Source: a bacterium (GTDB lineage Bacteria > Bacillota_I > Bacilli_A > RF39 > UBA660). Taken from it: DNA of 34,878 nucleotides. Both the position numbers and the translations under genes were made by a program. Where the stretch lies: positions 1-34,878 of the forward strand of contig JAQXMG010000059.1 in NCBI GenBank assembly GCA_029012525.1, given 5' to 3'. Shown in pieces: positions 26,270 to 33,704 of the stretch. Under the pieces are notes generated by a model. The model saw nothing but the letters and a program-made list of their open reading frames with translations, searched no databases and was not told where the DNA came from. Each line of letters begins with the position of its first letter. Position 1 is the first letter of the stretch.

Positions 26270-27793
26270 CTAAGCTAATTTCTTTAATCTTAATAAATAT
26301 TCTTTACACTCTTTAAACTCAGTCTCTCCAAATTTATCATCTAAGAATTTTATAAATCCATCTATTTCATCTCTTATATAAGAAATGTTTAATTGTTCAA
26401 ATTTTCTTAATACTTTACGTGCCATAAAATAATCTATACCATTGAGTTCAGTTCCTCCTGCTGCTTTATATACAGGTACAAATTTTTTCATATGGGCAAC
26501 GATACGATTACCAAAAGCAATACGGAAATGTTTTATTACATAGTCATCCATTTCTTCAATTTTCTTTAATGAGCTTTCTGTTATTTTATAATCATTTATT
26601 GCAGTTTGAAATAAATTATCAAGATATGAATAATTTATATTTTGTGCATCTGTATCTATTGGTTCAAATGCTTTACCTTTATCATTTATATCTATTGGCA
26701 TAGCACGGTCGTATACTTTATCGGTTACCATAAATGTTGAATCATCGTTATTGATTGTTCCAATATACCAAACATTTGGAGATATTTTTAGCTTTCCTCC
26801 GATTATTTTTTTAGGGTCATTTTTCCATTTGCTTGGTACAAGTTCAACTATCCACTCATCTTTATTTGGCATTTCAAGTATTGATAACATTTCTGCAAAG
26901 TAATACTCAACACGTGATATATTCATTTCATCTAGTATTACAGTATAGATATCATCTGTATATCCTGCCATATATATTTCTTTTAATACTTCAGTTTCAT
27001 TGAATTTTTTAGTAAATTCGTTAAAATATCCAAAAAGTTCTGTACGATCTCTCCATGATGGCTGTACTGATGCTACACATGAATCATGCTTTAAAAATTT
27101 TCCCCAAGCATACGCAAGAGATGTTTTACCAGTACCAGATATACCTTGTAAAATTATAAGTTTTGTTGATGCAATAGCAGATATAAAAAGTCTTATCATT
27201 TCAACAGAATAATATAATCTAAGACGTGAAGCAGCAAAGTTTCTAAATAAATTAACTAGTTCTTCAAGTGAGAAGGTATTTCCATAATTTTGAATTTTGT
27301 AATCTTTAAATTCTTCATCTATCTCATTTAGTTTAGCAAATCTTATACCTAAATTTTCTTCTTCTTCTACTTTTTCAAGATTTTGTTCCTCATTTGGATC
27401 TTCACCTGGTTTTAATCCAAGCTGTGATACTTTCATTGCTAATATATCTTGTTTTTCTTTTGTCATTGTTGCAACTTCTTTATTTAAAGTTGCAATTTCT
27501 TCTAACATATCCTCTTGTTCTACCAAAGTTTTTCTAAATCTTAAATATTTTTTTACTAAAAAATAAATTATAAAAACAATTGCTGATAATAATATTAAAA
27601 GTAAAATAATTGTTAAAGCAACAAATACCCATTCTGCCCCATTAAAATCATTTTTATAATCATTAATTATTTTAATATACGAACCTATATTAAAGGTATT
27701 TTTAATTCCTACTACTATACTTTTTAAAAAAATAACAAATCCGGAAAAAAATTGTTGTAAAAATTCGTATAAAAATCTTATAAATGTATCCAT
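26270..27793 (-). CDS. membrane-anchored McrB-family AAA+ (GTPase-type) protein
   Basis: Two N-terminal hydrophobic helices (FFSGFVIFLKSIVVGI; WVFVALTIILLLILLSAIVFIIYFLV) are followed by a charged coiled-coil-like linker and then an AAA core: LIILQGISGTGKTS, VQPSWRDRTELFGYF, VILDEMNISRVEYYFAEMLSILE, YIGTINNDDS, DRAMPIDI. The core is colinear with E. coli McrB GPPGCGKT / QFHQSYSYEDF / IIDEINRANLSKVFGEVMMLME / IIGLMNTADRS / RRRFSFIEI (recalled). The likely start is ATG 27793 (MDTFIRF), behind AGGAGGT. Confidence 0.8.
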   Translation of the reverse strand: MDTFIRFLYEFLQQFFSGFVIFLKSIVVGIKNTFNIGSYIKIINDYKNDFNGAEWVFVALTIILLLILLSAIVFIIYFLVKKYLRFRKTLVEQEDMLEEIATLNKEVATMTKEKQDILAMKVSQLGLKPGEDPNEEQNLEKVEEEENLGIRFAKLNEIDEEFKDYKIQNYGNTFSLEELVNLFRNFAASRLRLYYSVEMIRLFISAIASTKLIILQGISGTGKTSLAYAWGKFLKHDSCVASVQPSWRDRTELFGYFNEFTKKFNETEVLKEIYMAGYTDDIYTVILDEMNISRVEYYFAEMLSILEMPNKDEWIVELVPSKWKNDPKKIIGGKLKISPNVWYIGTINNDDSTFMVTDKVYDRAMPIDINDKGKAFEPIDTDAQNINYSYLDNLFQTAINDYKITESSLKKIEEMDDYVIKHFRIAFGNRIVAHMKKFVPVYKAAGGTELNGIDYFMARKVLRKFEQLNISYIRDEIDGFIKFLDDKFGETEFKECKEYLLRLKKLA

Positions 27794-27803
27794 GTTATAC
27801 CTC

Positions 27804-28775
27804 CTAATATACAACTATATTTGTTCTATCCTTTAGTTCTTTAAAGTTATATTTTTCATCATTTATTATTATATAATAAAACATATTTAATTGTAATAAT
27901 ATTTTATCATTTGTTATAAAATCATCATCAATTATTAATGCTATTTTATATCCATTACTAATCATTTCTTTTATATTTTTTTCCATCACTTTAAATTCTT
28001 TATAAGTAATTTTAAATATAAATCTATCTTTTATTAGATCATTATCTATTATTTTAAATAGTCTTTTTATCTTTTGGTCTTTAGAAAATATAGTATAATC
28101 AAAAGATAATAAATAATATTTATTTGGCTTACAATATATAGTATCATTTAAAAGTTCAAAGCTTAACATATAATAACACGCAAATATTTTTTGCTCATTT
28201 ACTAAATCTCTTTGATACGCTTTATTTATTGCAAAATTGCTATAAATTTCTGGAAATTTAATATTATATTTAAGACTTGTATCATATAAATTTTTAATGT
28301 TTGTTTTTTTATAATCTAAATAAAAATCATTTGTTTTAAATGAAGAGAAAAATTCATCTTTTCTTTCAAAAGCACTTTTTATTTCTTGTTCTATTATTTT
28401 ATTTTGTTCTTTGTTTTCTTCAACTAACGTATTTTTAAATAATATTATTTCATTAATTAAATCATTATTATATTCTACCATTTCTATTAGATTTTTTGCA
28501 TACAAAAACATTTTATAATTAACATCTATTTCGTCTTTATAATATAAAGTTTCTTTATTCATAGTATTTTTTAAATTTTCAAAATTTTTTTGAATCATTA
28601 TACTTTTAACCCTAGAATCTGGGGCATAGAAATCATAAAAATTATAGGAAATATAATTATTTATAAATTCATCTACAATATCTTTTATATAATATTTTTC
28701 TAATATCATTTTGCAATAGTTATGAATCATTTTTTTAAAATATGACGTATATGTATCTATAATATTTTTTTTCAT
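27804..28775 (-). CDS. cytoplasmic protein of unknown function (323 aa); C-terminal half possibly a degenerate EAL-like fold
   Basis: No TM or signal peptide. The C-terminal RFIFKITYKEF...ISNGYKIALIIDDDF...LLQLNMFYYIIIND loosely follows the EAL pattern l.lEiTE...L...G..ialDDFG...L..l..d.iKiD, but without the catalytic residues. It lies 3 nt after the upstream stop. Confidence 0.6.
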   Translation of the reverse strand: MKKNIIDTYTSYFKKMIHNYCKMILEKYYIKDIVDEFINNYISYNFYDFYAPDSRVKSIMIQKNFENLKNTMNKETLYYKDEIDVNYKMFLYAKNLIEMVEYNNDLINEIILFKNTLVEENKEQNKIIEQEIKSAFERKDEFFSSFKTNDFYLDYKKTNIKNLYDTSLKYNIKFPEIYSNFAINKAYQRDLVNEQKIFACYYMLSFELLNDTIYCKPNKYYLLSFDYTIFSKDQKIKRLFKIIDNDLIKDRFIFKITYKEFKVMEKNIKEMISNGYKIALIIDDDFITNDKILLQLNMFYYIIINDEKYNFKELKDRTNIVVY

Positions 28776-28778
28776 AAA

Positions 28779-29729
28779 TTACCTACTTTCAAAGTTTATT
28801 ATTGATGTTTCATTTACAATAGGATAAGTGTAATTATTTGCAGGATTTACTTTGTAAAATCTAACCATTGATGATGATATCGCATCAATTTTATAAGTAT
28901 ATCCACTGATATAACTATTTCCATCAATTATTGTATTTGTTTCGTTTTCTTTTATTAAATATGATGGATTTGTTAAATCAAGTCTTACTATATTTGGATC
29001 AAATGTTAATGTTATATAAGCAGAATAGCATTTTTCTTTTTTAGAATCTGGAAGATTTAAGTATGTAGTTATATCTAGCCTATCTCCAACTTGATAAGAA
29101 TCAAAAGCTTCTTCTACTGTATAATAATCTATTGTATTAGTTATTCTAAACTCTAAATATGGGCTTTTTTCTTCGTCTGTTATTTCATAAGATAAACCTA
29201 TTTTACCAACCTTTAAAATAAATCTTGCAGAAATTGTTTTTTCATATGGATAAGTAGATGTAGCAGATACATATATTAATACTGTATCGCCATCGTTAAA
29301 TGATGTATTTGGAGTTACTACTATATTAAATGAATCAGTATTGGTAGAACTATATATTGTTCCTTGTGTTTTTGTAATCTGACATGTAACTGTATCAGAG
29401 CACTGATAGATAATATCATAAGTTATATCTGTATCTGATGATAATAAATTATTTTTAATACTATTCATATTTATATTAATTGTATATTCTCCTGCACCAG
29501 CCCAATTTTCTAAACTATATGTTGCTGTTTGTTCCTTTAGTTTATCGCTATTAAAATAGAATTTTTTTGTTTGAAAATAAAAAGTTTGAATTCCATCATA
29601 AATATATCTACCAAATGTTGTACAACAAGTTATAACAAGTAATAAAACACCAATTAAAATTATTAATTTTTTATTTTTTAACATTTTGATATTAATCTTT
29701 TTTATACATTTACATCTCATATAATTCAT
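28779..29729 (-). CDS. exported beta-rich protein with SipW-type signal anchor (316 aa)
   Basis: LIILIGVLLLVITCCTTFGRYIYDG is followed by FYFNSDKL (compare AFYLLKEDY in 9859-10419). The start is uncertain: ATG 29729, or ATG 29720, which has better spacing from AGGA. Confidence 0.7.
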   Translation of the reverse strand: MNYMRCKCIKKINIKMLKNKKLIILIGVLLLVITCCTTFGRYIYDGIQTFYFQTKKFYFNSDKLKEQTATYSLENWAGAGEYTININMNSIKNNLLSSDTDITYDIIYQCSDTVTCQITKTQGTIYSSTNTDSFNIVVTPNTSFNDGDTVLIYVSATSTYPYEKTISARFILKVGKIGLSYEITDEEKSPYLEFRITNTIDYYTVEEAFDSYQVGDRLDITTYLNLPDSKKEKCYSAYITLTFDPNIVRLDLTNPSYLIKENETNTIIDGNSYISGYTYKIDAISSSMVRFYKVNPANNYTYPIVNETSIINFESR

Positions 29730-29748
29730 TCCTTTATTGTATATAAAA

Positions 29749-29777
29749 ATTATAACACATTATAAATTATTATTCTA
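29749..29777 (-). promoter_or_regulatory. candidate extended -10 promoter for the 29729-23913 operon
   Basis: The minus strand reads TAGAAT (29777-29772), 17 nt, TGTTATAAT (TATAAT at 29754-29749). It lies directly downstream of the tsf terminator. The -35 element is weak. Confidence 0.35.
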
Positions 29778-29790
29778 TATAAATTTAATA

Positions 29791-29821
29791 ACAAAAAAAT
29801 TCAAAGTTTCAACTTTGAATT
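29791..29821 (-). terminator. Rho-independent terminator after tsf
   Basis: 11-bp inverted repeat AATTCAAAGTT (29798-29808) / AACTTTGAATT (29811-29821). On the minus strand it is followed by T7 (plus-strand A-run 29793-29799). Confidence 0.7.
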
Positions 29822-29828
29822 TTACATA

Positions 29829-30713
29829 TTAATTTGTTCCATTAACTTGATTCATTACTTCTTCAGCAAAGTTATCACATCTTTTTTCCATGCCTTCGCC
29901 TACTTCGTATCTTATCATACTTACGATAGAACAATTGTTATTTTTAGCATATTGTTCTACAGAAATATTTGAATCTTTAATAAATGGTTGTTCTACTAAA
30001 CATACTTCTTTATAGTATTTTTTAATTCTACCTTCAACCATTTTTTCAGCTATATCAGCTGGTTTTCCTTCATTCATAGCTTGTTCTTTATAGATTTCTC
30101 TTTCTTTATTTAGAACTTCTTCTTCTATCTCAGAACTTCTAACATAAGATGGATTCATTGCTGCAACATGCATAGCGATATCTTTGGCAACTTCTTTATT
30201 ATCTCCATCTAATACTACTAAAGAAGTAATTCTACCACCCATATGTGAATAAATTCCAAATACTTGATTATCAGATTTTTCTACTCTTTCAAATCTTCTA
30301 AAGCTAATTTTCTCACCAATTTTAGCAGTAAATGCTATAACCATTTCTTCAATAGTTTCATTAGTATTTTCTACTACTAATTTATCAGCTTCTTCTATAG
30401 TTTTAACATCATTTTTAAGTAATGTATTAACAATATTTGTTAATAAAGTTTTAAATTCACTATTTCTTGATACGAAGTCAGTTTCACAATTTACTTCTAC
30501 AATTGCTGCTACATTATTATCTTCAACTGCTTCACTTAAACCTTCAGTAGCAATTCTTGATGCTTTTTTTTCTGCTTTTGAAATGCCTTTTTCACGAAGC
30601 CAAGTAATAGCTTCTTCCATATTACCATTAGTTGCATCTAGTGCTTTTTTACAATCCATCATTCCAGCACCAGTTTTTTCTCTTAAATCTTTTACGTCTT
30701 TTGCAGTAAACAT
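29829..30713 (-). CDS. tsf: translation elongation factor Ts
   Basis: 294 aa. N-terminal UBA-like VKDLREKTGAGMMDCKKAL, followed by the typical EF-Ts core. Confidence 0.95.
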   Translation of the reverse strand: MFTAKDVKDLREKTGAGMMDCKKALDATNGNMEEAITWLREKGISKAEKKASRIATEGLSEAVEDNNVAAIVEVNCETDFVSRNSEFKTLLTNIVNTLLKNDVKTIEEADKLVVENTNETIEEMVIAFTAKIGEKISFRRFERVEKSDNQVFGIYSHMGGRITSLVVLDGDNKEVAKDIAMHVAAMNPSYVRSSEIEEEVLNKEREIYKEQAMNEGKPADIAEKMVEGRIKKYYKEVCLVEQPFIKDSNISVEQYAKNNNCSIVSMIRYEVGEGMEKRCDNFAEEVMNQVNGTN

Positions 30714-30724
30714 AAAATTCCTCC

Positions 30725-31696
30725 TTATTTTAACGCATCAATTAATTCTTGTTTTTTCATTGTGCTATAGCCTTTAATATTGTTTTCTTTAGCCATAGCT
30801 TTCAATTCTGTTAAAGTTTTATCAGCAAGATTTACATCATTTTCTTTTTTATTAACTTTTGCTTTTACTTCTTTTATCTTTTCTTTAGTATCTTCTTCTT
30901 TGTCAATAAATTTCATTTCTTCTTTGATGTCTTTTACTTCTTTAACAGCTTTTTCCATAATGTTTTCTTTAGAATCTTTTTTAGCATCTTCATTAGATAC
31001 ATAATTAATTACTTCTTTGCCATAAACTTCTGCAACAGCATTAGCTAAAACACCAATTACTAGTTTTACGCTTCTTACTGCATCGTCATTAGCAGGAATA
31101 ACATAATCAACCATATCTGGATCGCAATTAGTATCTACAATACCAAATACTGGAATATGTAATTTTCTAGCTTCTTTTATTGCTGTTTCTTCTTGTCTTG
31201 GATCTACAATAACTAAAGCATTAGGAAGTTTTTTCATTTCTCTAATTCCGCATAAGTTACGATTTAATTTTTCATATTCTTTCTTTAACTTGATTACTTC
31301 TTTTTTTGGTAAAACTTCAAATTTTCCTTCTTTTTCCATATTTTCAATTTCATCAAGTCTTTTAATTCTACTTCTTATGGTTTTGAAGTTAGTTAAAGTT
31401 CCTCCTAACCATCTTTCAGTAACATAATACATACCAGTTCTTTCAGCACTTTCTTTCATAGCTTCATTAGCTTGTTTTTTAGTACCTACAAATAAAACTG
31501 TACCTTCATTTTGTGCTATTTCTTTTAATGCAGCATATGCTTCTTCAATTAAAGCTGCTGTTTTTTGTAAATCGATTATATAAATATCATCACGTGATGT
31601 ATAAATATATTCTCTCATTTTTGGATTCCATCTTCTTTTTTGATGTCCGAAGTGAACTCCTGCTTCTAATAAATAATTCATTGATACTACTGTCAT
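30725..31696 (-). CDS. rpsB: 30S ribosomal protein S2 with a ~95-aa C-terminal extension ending in a Rho_N/HeH-like module
   Basis: [19 protein letters not shown]...GTLTNF...IVDTNCDP is canonical S2. At 323 aa it is longer than the usual ~240-260. The tail ends [30 protein letters not shown]. Confidence 0.95.
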   Translation of the reverse strand: MTVVSMNYLLEAGVHFGHQKRRWNPKMREYIYTSRDDIYIIDLQKTAALIEEAYAALKEIAQNEGTVLFVGTKKQANEAMKESAERTGMYYVTERWLGGTLTNFKTIRSRIKRLDEIENMEKEGKFEVLPKKEVIKLKKEYEKLNRNLCGIREMKKLPNALVIVDPRQEETAIKEARKLHIPVFGIVDTNCDPDMVDYVIPANDDAVRSVKLVIGVLANAVAEVYGKEVINYVSNEDAKKDSKENIMEKAVKEVKDIKEEMKFIDKEEDTKEKIKEVKAKVNKKENDVNLADKTLTELKAMAKENNIKGYSTMKKQELIDALK

Positions 31697-31792
31697 AATT
31701 TTTTCTCTCCTTTGTTTTTTATCTTCTACTAAATTCTAAATAATATCACCTAATTGGCACTAGATATTAAAATTCTTTAGTATGTTTATTTT

Positions 31793-32251
31793 TTATTTTT
31801 CTTCTTTTTTTGTAGTTGTTTTTCTTGGTGTTGTTTTTTTAACTTCTTTTTCTTCATTTGCTTTTACTTCAACTTTTTTAGTTTCTTTTTTTACTGCAAC
31901 TTTTCCAGTTTTAGCAACATTAACTAATTCTTTAAAAGCTTCTTTATCATAAATAGCAAGTTCTGATAACATTTTTCTATTTACTTCAACTCCAGCTTTA
32001 TTTAATCCACTTATGAATTTAGAATAACTGATACCATTTTCTCTACATTCAGCATTAATTCTAACAATCCATAATTTTCTGAAATCTCTTTTCTTTTGTT
32101 TACGATCACGATAAGCGTATCTTTCTGATCTCATTACTTGTTCTTTTGCAGTTTTAAATAATCTATGTTTACTTCCAAAGTAACCTTCAGCTTTATCTAA
32201 ATATTTTTTACGTTTAGCACGTGTAGTTACGCTAGTTTTTACTCTTGTCAT
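31793..32251 (-). CDS. rplT: 50S ribosomal protein L20 with a Lys-rich C-terminal extension
   Basis: The L20 core is [24 protein letters not shown]...[20 protein letters not shown]. At 152 aa it is longer than the usual ~118. Confidence 0.95.
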   Translation of the reverse strand: MTRVKTSVTTRAKRKKYLDKAEGYFGSKHRLFKTAKEQVMRSERYAYRDRKQKKRDFRKLWIVRINAECRENGISYSKFISGLNKAGVEVNRKMLSELAIYDKEAFKELVNVAKTGKVAVKKETKKVEVKANEEKEVKKTTPRKTTTKKEEK

Positions 32252-32266
32252 AAATTGTCCTCCTTA

Positions 32267-32467
32267 CTAAATTACGTTTTTAAGTCTCTTTAAATCAGAT
32301 GCATTTAATTCTGATTTTGATCTTGACTTAATCTTTCTTGCTGGTGTTTTCTTTCCAGTTTTATGGTTGTTTCCAACATTTTGTTTTGTTATACTTCCAC
32401 TTTGTCTGATGTTTAGAACTTTTTTTGTTCCTTTATGAGTTTTTTTCTTTAGTTTTTTAACTTTCAT
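32267..32467 (-). CDS. rpmI: 50S ribosomal protein L35
   Basis: The likely start is ATG 32467 (MKVKKLKKKTHKGTKK), 5 nt after AAGGAGGAA. The track start at 32500 would overlap infC and lacks an SD. Confidence 0.9.
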   Translation of the reverse strand: MKVKKLKKKTHKGTKKVLNIRQSGSITKQNVGNNHKTGKKTPARKIKSRSKSELNASDLKRLKNVI

Positions 32468-32483
32468 ATTTTCCTCCTTAAGT

Positions 32484-33008
32484 CTATTTATTTGGGGCAA
32501 GTAACATAGTCATGTTTTTTCCTTCAAGTTTTGCTTTTTGTTCTACAACTGCAATATCTTTTACTGAATCAGCAAATTTGTTTAATACATCAACTCCTAA
32601 ATCAGGATGTGCAAGTTGTCTTCCTCTAAAACGTACGCATAATCTTACCTTATGTCCTTTTTCTAAGTATTTAGATGCATTAGTAACTTTAGTATTAAAA
32701 TCTCCAATATCAATAACTGGACTTAAACGATATTCCTTTAATTCCATATTACTAGCTTTTTGTTTTTTAAAAGCTTCCTTTTGTTTTTTTGCTTTTTCAT
32801 ACTTGTACTTATTATAATCCATAATTTTACAAACACCTGGATTACTATTAGGATTAATTAATACCAAGTCTAATCCAGCATAATTTGCAATTGTTAAAGC
32901 ATCTTTAATCTGTTTAACTCCTAATTGCTCTCCATTTGGACCAATTACTAAAACTTGACTATTTTTTATTTGTTCATTACATAACAAATCATTATTTTTA
33001 TTTGCTAT
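32484..33008 (-). CDS. infC: translation initiation factor IF-3, probable non-canonical ATA start
   Basis: The IF-3 core is VLVIGPNGEQLGV...ALTIANYAGLDLVLI...KEYRLSPVIDIGDFNTK...VRFRGRQLAH. The SD GGAGGTG occupies 33021-33015, so it overlaps the TTG used by the track (33023). The first sense codon at correct spacing (6 nt) is ATA at 33008. Confidence 0.88.
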   Translation of the reverse strand: MANKNNDLLCNEQIKNSQVLVIGPNGEQLGVKQIKDALTIANYAGLDLVLINPNSNPGVCKIMDYNKYKYEKAKKQKEAFKKQKASNMELKEYRLSPVIDIGDFNTKVTNASKYLEKGHKVRLCVRFRGRQLAHPDLGVDVLNKFADSVKDIAVVEQKAKLEGKNMTMLLAPNK

Positions 33009-33023
33009 AAGAAACACCTCCAA

Positions 33024-33150
33024 ATATTATAAAAAGAGTACGAAATGTACTCTTATCCACCATAAAAAATATCGTAATTTTATCTTGGCTTTTTACCCAT
33101 TGCTACTTGGCTAATCAGGTGGATATAGACATCTCTTTCCTTTTTTTACA
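33024..33150 (-). promoter_or_regulatory. structured 5' leader of infC-rpmI-rplT (L20-leader-like transcription attenuator)
   Basis: ~125-nt leader between promoter and SD. It has a long-range 7-bp helix, GGTGGAT (33118-33124) with ATCCACC (33055-33061). A terminator-like hairpin, AAGAGTAC / GTACTCTT (33034-33054), is followed on the minus strand by T-rich sequence just before the SD. Confidence 0.5.
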
Positions 33151-33156
33151 AGTATG

Positions 33157-33184
33157 ATTATACCATATTATATGATTTTGTCAA
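33157..33184 (-). promoter_or_regulatory. near-consensus sigmaA promoter of the infC operon
   Basis: The minus strand reads TTGACA (33184-33179), 16 nt, TGGTATAAT (extended -10; TATAAT at 33162-33157). Confidence 0.65.
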
Positions 33185-33704
33185 ACATTTTTTGTTTATT
33201 TATTTGATTTTTGTCTTTTTTATGAAAATATCCTATTGATTTGATAAATAAAAATGCTTATTTTATCAAAATTATTTTTATAAATTATCCTATACAAAAT
33301 AATATTATATTAGATGCAATTTCTTTTATTAACATTTTTTGCTATTTTTATTGTATTTGATAATACATCTTATGAATAGTTTATAAAAGAATTAGAAATA
33401 TATAATGCTTTATAGATTTGATCAAAACTTGCTGAAATATACCTTATTCCTTTTTTATTAAAATAATACATTTATTTGTTGATTTTATCATTTAATTATC
33501 TCACTTTTTTTCAAATAGAAAAAACAAATGCTATTAAAACATAAGTTTTTTTACTTTTTTAAATGGTTCTTAAGCTTTAAATTATAAAATTTAGCATTTT
33601 AAAAAAAGTTATCGACAAAATATTACATTCTTCGACAATATTTTTTGTCAGACAACTTTTTAAAACCAATTTAATTCGATAAAACAAAGTAAAAAGTTAT
33701 ATAA

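Noticed and set aside
25138-27814. A conventional McrBC type IV restriction system
   Set aside because: The McrB-like protein has transmembrane helices and a coiled coil where a DNA-reader domain would be. The McrC-like protein shows no PD-(D/E)xK motif. Both are translationally coupled to a signal peptidase and its substrates. A defence role is not excluded, but the simple restriction-enzyme annotation is not supported by what I can read.
8649-29729. Sortase-dependent pilus, type IV pilus/Tad, or flagellar locus
   Set aside because: There is no sortase gene, and no LPXTG-like C-terminal sorting signal on any ORF. There is no G/FTLIE-type prepilin motif, no prepilin peptidase, and no secretion ATPase of the PilB/TadA type. 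The shared N-terminal motif is the SipW/TasA type instead.
8549-29828. Prophage, ICE or transposon carrying the 21-kb locus
   Set aside because: I saw no integrase, recombinase, transposase, or phage structural or replication genes. I also saw no tRNA target, and no direct or inverted repeats at the borders; the borders are ordinary terminators at 8617-8645 and 29791-29821. I cannot exclude an ancient insertion.
33021-33023. TTG at 33023 as the infC start (as in the ORF track)
   Set aside because: The only Shine-Dalgarno (GGAGGTG, 33021-33015) overlaps and lies downstream of this TTG. A start 6 nt after the SD (ATA at 33008) fits the known non-canonical initiation of infC.
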